From Planctomycetota bacterium (GTDB lineage: Bacteria; Planctomycetota; UBA1135; UBA2386): a stretch of 24,000 nucleotides of DNA. Below the pieces are notes generated by a model. It was not told where the DNA came from. It did no database searches and saw only the letters and a program-made list of their open reading frames with translations. The stretch is from contig JBCCGH010000020.1 of the NCBI GenBank assembly GCA_039029375.1, positions 26,409 through 50,408 on the forward strand. The letters are read 5' to 3'. The position numbers and the translations under genes were made by a program. Below, in pieces: positions 1 through 8,018 of this stretch (within the stretch, counting starts at the first letter, position 1; each line of letters begins with the position of its first letter).

Positions 1-1
1 C

Positions 2-226
2 GAGCCGCGGGTCTGGTTCGATTTCGATACCGCGCGCGGCGACGTCGAACGCCGCCTGAGCGTGCTGACCGGCTGGGTCCTGCAGGCGCGCAGTCAGGGG
101 ATCGAATTCGGGCTGCGGCTGCCGGGCCAGGAACTGGCCCACGGCCTGGGCGAGGCTCACACGACCGCGGCCCTCGAACGCATCGCGCTCTATGGCCTCG
201 ACGGCGCCCGCGGCGAGCCCGGCTAG
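2..226 (+). CDS. C-terminal fragment of an upstream operon gene, possibly DUF58-family; 5' end lies outside the window
   Basis: Frame 2 is open from the window edge (EPRVWFDFDTARGDVERRLSVLTGWVLQARSQGIEF...) and ends at TAG 224-226. That stop overlaps the GTG start of the next gene (TAGTG). The family assignment rests only on the common MoxR-DUF58-transglutaminase operon context. Confidence 0.35.
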   Translation, partial: EPRVWFDFDTARGDVERRLSVLTGWVLQARSQGIEFGLRLPGQELAHGLGEAHTTAALERIALYGLDGARGEPG

Positions 227-2337
227 TGGCTGCCGCCGACTACCAGATTCCGCGCAAGGCGCTCTTCATGCTGCTGGCGGCGACGCTGGCTGCGGTGGGC
301 CCGTTTGCCTGGCACCTCGCGCTCTGGATTCCGCTGCTTGCGCTGTTCTGCGTGTTCTGGCGCGGCATGGTAGGCGAGGGGCGTTGGCATCACCCGCCGA
401 CCTGGCTCAAGGCGGTGCTGGTGGCCGCCGCGGCGGTGGCGGTCGCCGTCGAGAGCCGCGGTCGCTTCTCCGTCGAGGCGGCCAGCGGCCTCCTGATCAT
501 CGCCTTCGCGCTGAAGCTGGTGGAGATGAAGTCGCGTCGCGATGCCTGTCTCGTGGTGTTCCTCGGCTACTTCGTTATCGCGACCGCGTTTCTGTTTTCG
601 CAAAGCCTGTTTCTGGCCGTCTACCAGCTCGTCGCGATCGCCCTCGTCACCGCGGGGCTCATCGGCCTCAACCAGCGGCACAACGACGTGCGACCGTTCG
701 CATCGCTGCGGCTCGCCGGCGCGCTGCTCGCGCAGGCGCTACCGCTGACGCTGATCCTGTTTCTGTTTTTCCCGCGCATCGCGCCGCTGTGGAACGTGCC
801 CATTCCCGCGGGTGGCACCAGCGGTATCTCCGAATCCGTGACGCCGGGCGATATCGCCAACCTGTCGCAATCGGATGAGATCGCACTGCGCGCCGTGTTT
901 ACCGGCGAACCGCCGTCGCCGGCGCAGATGTATTGGCGCGGCGTGGTGTACGAAGACTACGACCGGGGTACCTGGACGCAGGCGCGCGATCGCGGCGCGG
1001 TCTTGCCGCTGCCCATCGAGGAGATACCGCAACCGACGGCGGGATTTTCGTACACCGTCTTTCAGGAGCCCAGCCTCGCGAAGTTTCTGTTTGGCCTCGA
1101 GACCGCGTTCCCCATCGACGCCGAGGAACAGAAACTGCGGCGCGACTTCACCCTGCGCGCCAATCAGCCGTTGATGTCTGTGATGCGCTACGACCTGATC
1201 AGTGATCCCGGCTACGTTCGCGGTCCGCTCGCGGGCGCGAGCACCCCGCGACAAGGCACGAGCGCGCTGCCGAACAACGACAATCCGCGCGTCGTCGAGT
1301 GGGCGCAGCGGGAGTTTGCTGCCGCCGGCAGTGCGGATGCCTTCGTCGAGCGCATCCTGCGTGAGATTCGGGGTCGCTACGTCTACACGCTGTCGCCACC
1401 GACGCTGCCTCGGGTCAATGCCGTCGATACCTTCTGGTTCGAGACGCGTGCCGGTTTCTGCTCGCATTTCGCCGGTGCCTTCGTGTACATGATGCGCGCG
1501 GCGGGCATTCCGGCGCGCATGGTGGGCGGCTATCAGGGTGGCGAGATCAATCCGCTGACCCGCCACGTCGTCGTGCGTCAGTACGACGCACACGCGTGGG
1601 CGGAAGTCTGGACGGCGGACGACGGCTGGCGGCGCGTTGATCCGACCGCCGCCATCGCGCCGGAACGCATTCGCTCGGGGCTGCGCGCGGCGCTGTCGCC
1701 GGAAGAGCGCGCAGAGCTGTCGGCGCTCACGAACGCGCGGCTCGGTTTCGGCGCGGCCGAGAGCGTGCTGCAGTGGCTCGACTCGGTGGAGCACCGCTGG
1801 AACCTGTGGGTGGTCGGGTACGACTCGGATTCGCAGTTCGAGCTGCTGTCGGAGTGGTTCGGCGAGCGCCCCACGACCTGGCAGGTTGGCGTGGTGGTGT
1901 TTGTCGGCGGCATTCTGACGATGCTGGTGACGGCGATCGCGCTCTATCTGCGCCGCCGGCCGCGGCGCGCGGATCCGCTGCTGCGCGCCTTCGATGCGCT
2001 GCGCGCTGCCGCGGCGCGACGCGGCATGCGCGCCGAGCCCTGGGAATCGCCGATGGCCTTCGTGCGACGGGTCGGCAACCGTACCGACTATGCGACCGCG
2101 GAGCTCGAACGCTTGATCCAGCGTATCGAGTGCCTACTATACGCAGGCCCCGCAGTCGTCTCAGGTCAGCCGCTATCTTCGTCCACGATGCCTTCTTCAG
2201 ACCGACAGCAACACAGCGCCCTGCCGGCGAGCGCCGGCGCACGGGGCGACAACCGCGAGCGGCCGGAGCGATTGCGATCCGAAGCGCTGCGCGGGCTGCG
2301 GGCGCTGCGAATGCGGACGCTGTTTGCCGCGCGCTGA
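226..2337 (+). CDS. Transglutaminase-like membrane protein (TgpA-like; N-terminal multi-TM region plus transglutaminase core)
   Basis: 703-aa ORF with hydrophobic N-terminal segments. The transglutaminase-core Cys motif is present (TRAGFCSHFAGAFVYMMRAAGIPARMVGGY), followed by HAWAEVW and a VDPT segment, then a late TM helix. The GTG start is coupled to the upstream stop. Confidence 0.8.
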   Translation: MAAADYQIPRKALFMLLAATLAAVGPFAWHLALWIPLLALFCVFWRGMVGEGRWHHPPTWLKAVLVAAAAVAVAVESRGRFSVEAASGLLIIAFALKLVEMKSRRDACLVVFLGYFVIATAFLFSQSLFLAVYQLVAIALVTAGLIGLNQRHNDVRPFASLRLAGALLAQALPLTLILFLFFPRIAPLWNVPIPAGGTSGISESVTPGDIANLSQSDEIALRAVFTGEPPSPAQMYWRGVVYEDYDRGTWTQARDRGAVLPLPIEEIPQPTAGFSYTVFQEPSLAKFLFGLETAFPIDAEEQKLRRDFTLRANQPLMSVMRYDLISDPGYVRGPLAGASTPRQGTSALPNNDNPRVVEWAQREFAAAGSADAFVERILREIRGRYVYTLSPPTLPRVNAVDTFWFETRAGFCSHFAGAFVYMMRAAGIPARMVGGYQGGEINPLTRHVVVRQYDAHAWAEVWTADDGWRRVDPTAAIAPERIRSGLRAALSPEERAELSALTNARLGFGAAESVLQWLDSVEHRWNLWVVGYDSDSQFELLSEWFGERPTTWQVGVVVFVGGILTMLVTAIALYLRRRPRRADPLLRAFDALRAAAARRGMRAEPWESPMAFVRRVGNRTDYATAELERLIQRIECLLYAGPAVVSGQPLSSSTMPSSDRQQHSALPASAGARGDNRERPERLRSEALRGLRALRMRTLFAAR

Positions 2338-2373
2338 ATCCCGTTTCGCTCCCAAGTGCGGCGGTGATCTAAC

Positions 2374-2820
2374 GTGGCGGTGCGACGAACCCCCTGCGTC
2401 GGCATCTGCTCCACCACCTACGGCGATCTGGTGTGTCGGGGCTGCAAGCGCTTCGCCCACGAAGTTACCGGCTGGAACGGCTTCAGCGAGGCCCAGCGCG
2501 ACACGATTCGCATGCGGCTGCAGGAACTGCGCGATGGCGCGGTGCGCGAGACGCTGCCCGCGATGGATGCTGACGCGCTGATGCAGCTTTCCCGCGAGCG
2601 CGGGCTCGATCCGGAGCAGGGGGCGGCGTCGCTCGCGTACGTCGTCCTGCGCCTGGCGCTGAACGAGGCGGACCTCGTTCGCCAGGCCGGACTGACCCTG
2701 CCGGCGGATCTGGACGGCGACGGCGTGCTCGAGACGCTGCAGCGCATCGATCGGCTGTTTCTAGAGCGCTCGTCGGCCTACTACGAGCGCGCCTTCAAGA
2801 CGCCGCTGTCGCCGGCGTGA
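2374..2820 (+). CDS. DUF1289-like Cys-rich protein with a C-terminal extension
   Basis: The N-terminus PCVGICSTTYGDLVCRGCKRFAHEVTGW matches the DUF1289 pattern (C-x-G-x-C ... C-x-G-C-x-R ... E ... W). GTG start. Its stop overlaps the miaE GTG start (GTGA). Confidence 0.6.
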   Translation: MAVRRTPCVGICSTTYGDLVCRGCKRFAHEVTGWNGFSEAQRDTIRMRLQELRDGAVRETLPAMDADALMQLSRERGLDPEQGAASLAYVVLRLALNEADLVRQAGLTLPADLDGDGVLETLQRIDRLFLERSSAYYERAFKTPLSPA

Positions 2821-3476
2821 ACGCGCGCGCGATCCCCGGTCTTGGCGAGATCCGCGAGTTCCTGCGGGTCCCCACGCCGCAGCGCTGGGTCAGCGCCGCG
2901 CTAGCGGACCTCGAGCTGCTTCTGATCGACCACGCAAACTGCGAGAAGAAGGCGGCGGGCACGGCGCTCAGTCTCCTCATGCGCTACGTCGATCGGCCCG
3001 AGCTGCTGCAGCAGCTGTCGCGGCTCGCGCGCGAAGAACTGCGCCATTTCGAACAGGTTGCGGCGCTGCTGAGCGCGCGTGGGATCGAATATCGGCACAT
3101 CGGCGCCGCCCGCTACGCGGGCGAACTGCGGCGGCTCGTCGCGTCCGACGAACCCTGGCGCCTGGTCGACACGCTGCTGGTTGGTGCGATCGTCGAGGCC
3201 CGGTCCTGCGAGCGCTTTGCGCTCGTCGCCGACGCGCTGGAACCGCTCGACCCCGAGCTCGCAGAATTTTACCGCCGCCTTCTCGATTCCGAGGCGCGCC
3301 ATTACGCGGGCTACCTCGCGCTGGCGCGACAGTATGCGCCCGAGGCAGACGACCCGACCGACGGGACGGTGGACGGCCGGCTCGCGAGGCTGCTTGCGCG
3401 CGAGGCCGAACTCGTCGTGGCAGGGGATAGCGAGCTGCGGTTTCATTCCGGGCCGCCGGAGCGAGCAACGGGCTAA
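2817..3476 (+). CDS. miaE: tRNA-(ms2io6A)-hydroxylase
   Basis: 219 aa with a di-iron four-helix signature: LIDHANCEKKAA, EELRHFEQV, EARSCERF and LDSEARHY (paired E...ExxH motifs typical of MiaE). Confidence 0.85.
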   Translation: MNARAIPGLGEIREFLRVPTPQRWVSAALADLELLLIDHANCEKKAAGTALSLLMRYVDRPELLQQLSRLAREELRHFEQVAALLSARGIEYRHIGAARYAGELRRLVASDEPWRLVDTLLVGAIVEARSCERFALVADALEPLDPELAEFYRRLLDSEARHYAGYLALARQYAPEADDPTDGTVDGRLARLLAREAELVVAGDSELRFHSGPPERATG

Positions 3477-3521
3477 ACCCTCGTCGGGCGCGATGTGCGG
3501 TTGCCGCGGTCTATTCCCGGT

Positions 3522-4253
3522 CTATTCAGCCAGCAGGGCAAGGGGCGCGCACCGCAGCCGCCACGTTTGCTCTGTACCGCGCTGCTCCGACTCCAGCCAC
3601 CAGCCGCAACGCTCCCAGGCCCCCAATGTGTAGCGATCCCAGTCCGACGAGCGCTCAATGCCTGGCCGGTGGGTGTGTCCATGCACCAGGACCCGCACGG
3701 CGTGCGTCGCGCAGGTTGTGCTTACGGTAGCCGCGTTCACGTCCATGATGTTGTCCGCCTTGAAGGCGTTGGCCTCGCGGCTGGCCGCGCGCAGCGCGTC
3801 GCCCATCGCGCGCCGCTCGGCGATGGGCTTAGCCAGCGTCTCACGCCGCCACTCGGGACTGTGCAGGACGGTGCGCAGCTGTTGATAGGCCGCGTCATCG
3901 GTGCACAGCGTGTCGCCGTGGCACACGAGCGTTCCGTCCTCAAGCCGCGCAACGTCGCCCAGCAGCTCGATTCCCGTGCCGCGCGCAAACGTATCGCCAA
4001 CGAGAAAGTCGCGATTGCCGACCAGAAAGCTGATGCGCGCGGTCGCGCTGGCCTCGCTTAGCGCCGCGCGCGCGCGGCGCGCCAGCGGCGCGTCGTCGTC
4101 GTCGCCGATCCACATCTCGAACAGATCGCCCAGCAGATAGATCTCGTCCGCGCTGCGGGCAGCGCGGCGCAGCCAGCCGAGGAACGCCGCCGTGCGCAGC
4201 TCGTGCTCGGCGCCGTCGTCTAGATGCACATCGGAGGCGAACCAGCGCTGCAT
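3522..4253 (-). CDS. lpxH: UDP-2,3-diacylglucosamine pyrophosphohydrolase
   Basis: Metallophosphoesterase motifs are present: FASDVHL, YLLGDLFEMWIGDDD, GNRDFL and VLVHGHTHRP. I start it at the internal ATG 4253 (MQRWFASDVHL) instead of the longest ORF start at 4352, which gives about 243 aa. Confidence 0.85.
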   Translation of the reverse strand: MQRWFASDVHLDDGAEHELRTAAFLGWLRRAARSADEIYLLGDLFEMWIGDDDDAPLARRARAALSEASATARISFLVGNRDFLVGDTFARGTGIELLGDVARLEDGTLVCHGDTLCTDDAAYQQLRTVLHSPEWRRETLAKPIAERRAMGDALRAASREANAFKADNIMDVNAATVSTTCATHAVRVLVHGHTHRPGIERSSDWDRYTLGAWERCGWWLESEQRGTEQTWRLRCAPLALLAE

Positions 4254-4293
4254 CAGCGCGCGCTCGCCGCAGGTCGCCTGGTTGGTGCTTGGC

Positions 4294-5151
4294 CTATGAC
4301 GTACGGGCTTCCGAGGCCTCGGCAGCCTGCAGCGTGTTCTGCAGCACGCCAATGCGCGTCATCGGACCGACGCCGCCAGGAACCGGGGTAATCCATCCCG
4401 CACGCTCCACGGCGGTGTCGAAATGCACGTCGCCCTGCAGCCGGCCGCCTTCGCGCGTGATGCCGATATCGATGACCACACTGCCGGGCTTGATCCAGGC
4501 GCCGGGAATCAGGTTCGGTTTGCCGACGGCGCTGACCAGGATGTCGGCGCGCTCGACGTGCTCGCGCAGATCCTTTGTGAAGCGATGGGCGATGTTGGTG
4601 GTGCAGCCGGCCAGCAGCAGCTCGAGGCTCATCGGTCTGCCCACGTGATTCGAGGCGCCGACGACCAGGGCGTCTTGCCCGCGGATGGGCCCGGTGAGCT
4701 CCAGTAGCTGCATCACGCCTTTCGGCGTAGCCGGGCGCAGACTGGGATCGCGCAGGGCCAGGCGCCCGACGTTGTAGGGGTGAAAGCCGTCGACGTCCTT
4801 GGCGGGCAGAATCAGCTCGACCAGGACATTGGCATCGATCTGCGGCGGTAGCGGCGCCTGCACGAGAATGCCGTCGATGGTCGGGTCTTCGTTCAGGGTC
4901 AGGATCATGTCGGCGACCTGCGCCTCGCTCGTGTCCTGGGCCAAGTGGCGCAGCTCTGACTTAAAGCCAACGGCGAGGCAGTCGTTGCGCTTGTGGCGCA
5001 CGTAGATCTCCGAAGCCGGATCGTCCCCAACCAGCAACACGGCGAGCCCCGGCGGACGCAACCCGGCGGCCGTGCGCTCGGCCACCTGCTGCTTGATGTC
5101 GGCTCTGAGGCTGGCGGCAAGTGCCGCGCCGTCGAGGATCTGTGCGCTCAA
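4294..5151 (-). CDS. folD: Bifunctional methylenetetrahydrofolate dehydrogenase/cyclohydrolase
   Basis: Sequence ([53 protein letters not shown] and [10 protein letters not shown]) is typical of FolD. I start it at TTG 5151, preceded by AGGAG, which gives 285 aa. The 334-aa ORF in the track over-extends the N-terminus. Confidence 0.9.
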   Translation of the reverse strand: MSAQILDGAALAASLRADIKQQVAERTAAGLRPPGLAVLLVGDDPASEIYVRHKRNDCLAVGFKSELRHLAQDTSEAQVADMILTLNEDPTIDGILVQAPLPPQIDANVLVELILPAKDVDGFHPYNVGRLALRDPSLRPATPKGVMQLLELTGPIRGQDALVVGASNHVGRPMSLELLLAGCTTNIAHRFTKDLREHVERADILVSAVGKPNLIPGAWIKPGSVVIDIGITREGGRLQGDVHFDTAVERAGWITPVPGGVGPMTRIGVLQNTLQAAEASEARTS

Positions 5152-5345
5152 CCGTTGACTCCTGAGGCTGGGGTAGGGGAAGGGGCGAATCGAGCGCGAG
5201 AGTCTACACCGCTTCCGCCTTGGCTGGCGCGCAGAGGCCATGGTGATGGGCTGGTCGACGGGCGCGCCACCACTCGAGCGCCGGCTGCGGCCGCCCAAGG
5301 CTGCTGGCCGCGGCTCAGCGGAAGCGAGCGGCGCGCGCGGCTCGA

Positions 5346-5374
5346 TTGACGGGTTTTCGGGCCGTCAGTATGAT
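5346..5374 (+). promoter_or_regulatory. Sigma70-type promoter for the tRNA operon
   Basis: TTGACG (5346-5351), a 17-nt spacer and TATGAT (5369-5374) are followed by a GC-rich discriminator. It lies about 90 nt upstream of tRNA-Pro. Confidence 0.55.
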
Positions 5375-5464
5375 CCGCCGGCTACGCCCCCTGTGGGGCG
5401 TGGAGCTGTCGCCAAATGCGTCTGAACGGTCTCTGTTGGTTCTCGGCAATGCGAAGCAGCGACT

Positions 5465-5541
5465 CGGGGTATAGCGCAGTCTGGTAGCGCGCCTGCTTTG
5501 GGAGCAGGATGTCGGGAGTTCGAATCTCTCTACCCCGACCA
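5465..5541 (+). tRNA. tRNA-Pro (anticodon TGG)
   Basis: The cloverleaf folds by hand: acceptor CGGGGTA/TACCCCG, D stem GCGC/GCGC, anticodon stem CCTGC/GCAGG with loop TTTGGGA, a TTCGAAT T-loop and an encoded CCA. Confidence 0.95.
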
Positions 5542-5599
5542 TTTCGCAGCAGGAGGTCTTCGCAGCAGGCGCCGAGCGTGGCTGGTCGCGACTCGCATT

Positions 5600-5676
5600 G
5601 CGCCCGTAGCTCAACTGGATAGAGCATCGGCCTTCTAAGCCGAGGGTTGAAGGTTCGAGTCCTTCCGGGCGTGCCA
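5600..5676 (+). tRNA. tRNA-Arg (anticodon TCT)
   Basis: Acceptor GCGCCCG/CGGGCGT, anticodon stem TCGGC/GCCGA with loop CTTCTAA, a TTCGAGT T-loop and an encoded CCA. Confidence 0.95.
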
Positions 5677-5854
5677 GTGCGAGGTACCCTGGCGAGACGT
5701 ACTGACTGTGAGCCGGGACGCTCTGCGGGAATCTCTTCGGAGACTCTCTTCGGAGGTGCTCTTTGGAGAAAGAGGAGACGAGGCGACAGAACAGTTCGCG
5801 ATCTTGGCCGATCTCTCGACAGGGAGCGCCGGGGTCGCTTGACCGATTTACGAT

Positions 5855-5931
5855 GGTGGACGTAGCTCAGTTGGTAGAGCCCCGGGTTGTGATCCCGGTG
5901 GTCGCGGGTTCGAACCCCGTCGTCCACCCCA
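5855..5931 (+). tRNA. tRNA-His (anticodon GTG) with the extra 5' G(-1); likely prophage integration target
   Basis: G(-1) plus acceptor GTGGACG/CGTCCAC, then C73 and CCA. Anticodon stem CCGGG/CCCGG has loop TTGTGAT, and the T-loop is TTCGAAC. Base composition changes abruptly right after the CCA. Confidence 0.95.
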
Positions 5932-6027
5932 TTAAATCAAGGACTTAGGTCCTAACTAGGTGGTGCCAAGGATGGCAACATTTGGCAACAATGGTGTTTT
6001 GGTGCCATTTTTGGGCACCGGGTTGTT

Positions 6028-6294
6028 TTAGAGCGATTGGAGCCTCTCCAGCCCCGCCTTGAGTGCCTCGTTTTCCCGCGACAACGAGACCACCGTTTGC
6101 CTCAGTTCGTCCAGCTCCGCGAACAGTCGAGATACGGGAATCTTCTCCCGCTCAACCCGACCCCGGAACTCTCGAAGCGATCTCTCAGCAGCAGCCCGGC
6201 CGCGGGTCCCAGTGCTTATTCGGTGGCGAGTCCCGTCTTCATCAACCCAATGAATCAGGTAGTACCCGTCTCGGGCTCTTGGCTTCAAATGCAT
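6028..6294 (-). CDS. Stand-alone paralogue of the integrase N-terminal (arm-type DNA-binding) domain fused to a coiled coil; candidate directionality factor
   Basis: The 88-aa N-terminus MHLKPRARDGYYLIHWVDEDGTRHRISTGTRGR aligns with the integrase N-terminus MRLTPRARDGIYMLSFTDPTSGKRRRISTGKRDK. The C-terminal half has heptad-like leucines (LFAELDELRQTVVSLSRENEALKAGLERLQSL). Its ATG abuts the integrase stop (TAGATG). Confidence 0.65.
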   Translation of the reverse strand: MHLKPRARDGYYLIHWVDEDGTRHRISTGTRGRAAAERSLREFRGRVEREKIPVSRLFAELDELRQTVVSLSRENEALKAGLERLQSL

Positions 6295-7329
6295 CTATCG
6301 CCTCCTGTCCTCTAACTGGACGACCTCTCCGGTCGGTTTCTCCAGGCTCGCTGCCATGCCCTTCAGGGAGCTGGGCGCGAGATGCGCATAGCGCTCAGTC
6401 ACGTTGATGGTCGAGTGCCCCAGCCACTCCTTCACGAGGTAGAGATCGTGCCCGGCCTGAACCAGCCGGCTCGCGGTGGTGTGCCTGAGGGTGTGCAATG
6501 AGACATCCGGCAGCCCGGCCGCATTGCGGACCTTCGTGAACCTCTTCACGCACCACGACTTCGCACTGTCGCGCCGTGTGACGCTCGTGCGGACGCCTCG
6601 GGTGATCTCCAGCCACTCAGGGGTCACATGCAGACATCGCAGCGAGGCGGCCGCACGGGACGTCAGGGGCACGTTCCGGCTCTTGCCGTTCTTGGTGTCC
6701 TCCAGCCTCAGGTCGCCTCCTACGACGTCGCTGGGGCGGCTCTTGGTGATCTCCGAGAGTCGCGCGCCGGTGTCCAGCAGGACACACACGAGGTGATAGA
6801 TCGTAGGACTGATCTCCATCGCCTTGGCGAGGATGATCTGTTCCTCGTCGGCGTCGAGGTAGCGGACCTTGGTGTTGTTGACGGAGATGGTGGGGAAGGG
6901 AGGCTTGGAGGCGAGCTTGCGGCGCTTCACGGCGTGGTCAAGGGCGACCGACACGACGCCGAGGCGGGTGCGTATGGTGGCCGCCGCTAGGCCCTGCCCG
7001 CGTAGCTGGTTCACCCACTCCTCCAGCCAGATGTAGTCGATGGCTGTGCACTGCAACGAGCCGAACTGCTCGCGGATCACGCCGACGACATAGGAGAGCT
7101 GCTTGGCTCCCTTCTGCCGGTCCCACCGTGCGCGCCAGGTGTCGTCCAGCGCTTCCGCAAGGGTGTATCCGAGTGACGTCGAGCCCCGCCCGGCGAGAAT
7201 CTCCTGCGCGGCCAGTTGGGCCTCGCCCTTGTCCCGCTTTCCGGTGCTGATTCGGCGGCGCTTGCCGGACGTCGGGTCCGTGAAGGACAGCATGTAGATG
7301 CCATCCCGAGCCCGTGGTGTAAGCCTCAT
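6295..7329 (-). CDS. int: Tyrosine recombinase / phage integrase
   Basis: 344 aa with the catalytic signature: TGARLSEI (Arg), HTLRHTTASRLV (H-x-x-R) and GHSTINVTERYAHL (Tyr). A GGGAGGTGAGAC ribosome-binding site precedes the ATG. Confidence 0.95.
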   Translation of the reverse strand: MRLTPRARDGIYMLSFTDPTSGKRRRISTGKRDKGEAQLAAQEILAGRGSTSLGYTLAEALDDTWRARWDRQKGAKQLSYVVGVIREQFGSLQCTAIDYIWLEEWVNQLRGQGLAAATIRTRLGVVSVALDHAVKRRKLASKPPFPTISVNNTKVRYLDADEEQIILAKAMEISPTIYHLVCVLLDTGARLSEITKSRPSDVVGGDLRLEDTKNGKSRNVPLTSRAAASLRCLHVTPEWLEITRGVRTSVTRRDSAKSWCVKRFTKVRNAAGLPDVSLHTLRHTTASRLVQAGHDLYLVKEWLGHSTINVTERYAHLAPSSLKGMAASLEKPTGEVVQLEDRRR

Positions 7330-7332
7330 GTC

Positions 7333-7680
7333 TCACCTCCCGAGTATTCTCGTGATCTTGTTGGCGAGCTTCTCGCCGGTTTTGGTCAGGACCATCACCT
7401 TGCGGCGGCGATCCGAGTAGTCGGCCCGAGAGGTGACGAGGTCAAGTCCCGGTCGGTTCTTGTAGCTCCACTCGCCGATCGCGCCGAGAGCACGGCTACA
7501 GGCTGCCGAGGTGAGTCCGCTGGATTCCTGAAGGGCGCGGACGTCCACCTCTCTGTCCGTCGCCTGGGCTTCGGCGATGTGTAGAAACAACTGCACGTTG
7601 TGAAGAGGTGCTTCCCTCTCCATCTCCTCGCATAGCGTGTCGATCAGCTTCCTTGCTGTCTGTATATCTGACTTGTCCAC
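7333..7680 (-). CDS. MarR-like winged-helix transcriptional regulator
   Basis: 115 aa. The pattern VDVRALQESSGLTSAACSRALGAIGE ... SDRRRKVMVLTKTGEKL matches the MarR HTH plus wing (D-x-R-R-K ... LT-x-x-G). GTG start preceded by AAGGAG. It sits immediately upstream of int in the same operon. Confidence 0.65.
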   Translation of the reverse strand: MDKSDIQTARKLIDTLCEEMEREAPLHNVQLFLHIAEAQATDREVDVRALQESSGLTSAACSRALGAIGEWSYKNRPGLDLVTSRADYSDRRRKVMVLTKTGEKLANKITRILGR

Positions 7681-7724
7681 CAGTTTCGCTCCTTGGGGTC
7701 AGTCCGTGACTTCATATCTGCCAT

Positions 7725-7898
7725 TCAAGCGCGTTTTCCCTCACGCTTGCCATGAATTACGGAAAGTAGTAGGACACGCCTAAATGCGATCAATTCCCAC
7801 TCTCGGACTATACTGCCAGAATAATGACGACCTGTATATGTGGAACAATCGAACCAAACTTCGGCCGCTCCGGGCTCCAGATACCACTCGATCCGCAT
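7725..7898 (-). CDS. Possible small protein (57 aa), below the ORF-track size cutoff
   Basis: Hand translation gives MRIEWYLEPGAAEVWFDCSTYTGRHYSGSIVREWELIAFRRVLLLSVIHGKREGKRA. The ATG at 7898 is preceded by AGGAG 6 nt upstream. It is open for 57 codons in an AT-rich spacer where stops should be frequent. I recognise no homology. Confidence 0.3.
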   Translation of the reverse strand: MRIEWYLEPGAAEVWFDCSTYTGRHYSGSIVREWELIAFRRVLLLSVIHGKREGKRA

Positions 7899-7973
7899 GT
7901 GAAACTCCTGTTTCTTTCAGAAGTGATCTGCGATCCATCGCCTAGTCCTCTCACTTTGTTGACTCAATACATG

Positions 7974-8002
7974 AAAAAAAATAGGCACCCCGAAGGGGTG
8001 CC
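7974..8002 (-). terminator. Rho-independent terminator ending the long accessory operon
   Basis: The minus-strand RNA reads GGCACCCC-UUC-GGGGUGCC followed by UAUUUUUUUU, about 16 nt after the stop of the 401-aa gene. A second hairpin (ACACGCCG/CGGCGUGU) spans the stop codon itself. Confidence 0.85.
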
Positions 8003-8018
8003 CGGAAGACACGCCGGA

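Noticed and set aside
5677-5854. Long 178-nt tRNA-Arg/tRNA-His spacer with three tandem mini-hairpins (UCUC-UUCG-GAGA, CUC-UUCG-GAG and CUCUUU-GGAG-AAAGAG)
   Set aside because: These are probably precursor-tRNA processing or stability structures in an ordinary tRNA operon. There is no evidence for a separate gene or element.
192-5927. Many overlapping ORFs in the chromosomal part (for example 192-878, 739-1794, 1773-2372, 2901-3446, 3495-4061, 4993-5349 and 5382-5927)
   Set aside because: These are high-GC shadow ORFs, Arg/Ala/Pro-rich, that overlap genes with clear family motifs. ORF 5382-5927 even spans the three tRNA genes.
5935-5955. Small inverted repeat AGGAC-TTAG-GTCCT immediately after tRNA-His; considered as the tRNA operon terminator or att core
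   Set aside because: It has only 5 bp and no U-tract. The true att core most likely lies within the tRNA 3' end and cannot be delimited without the other prophage junction.
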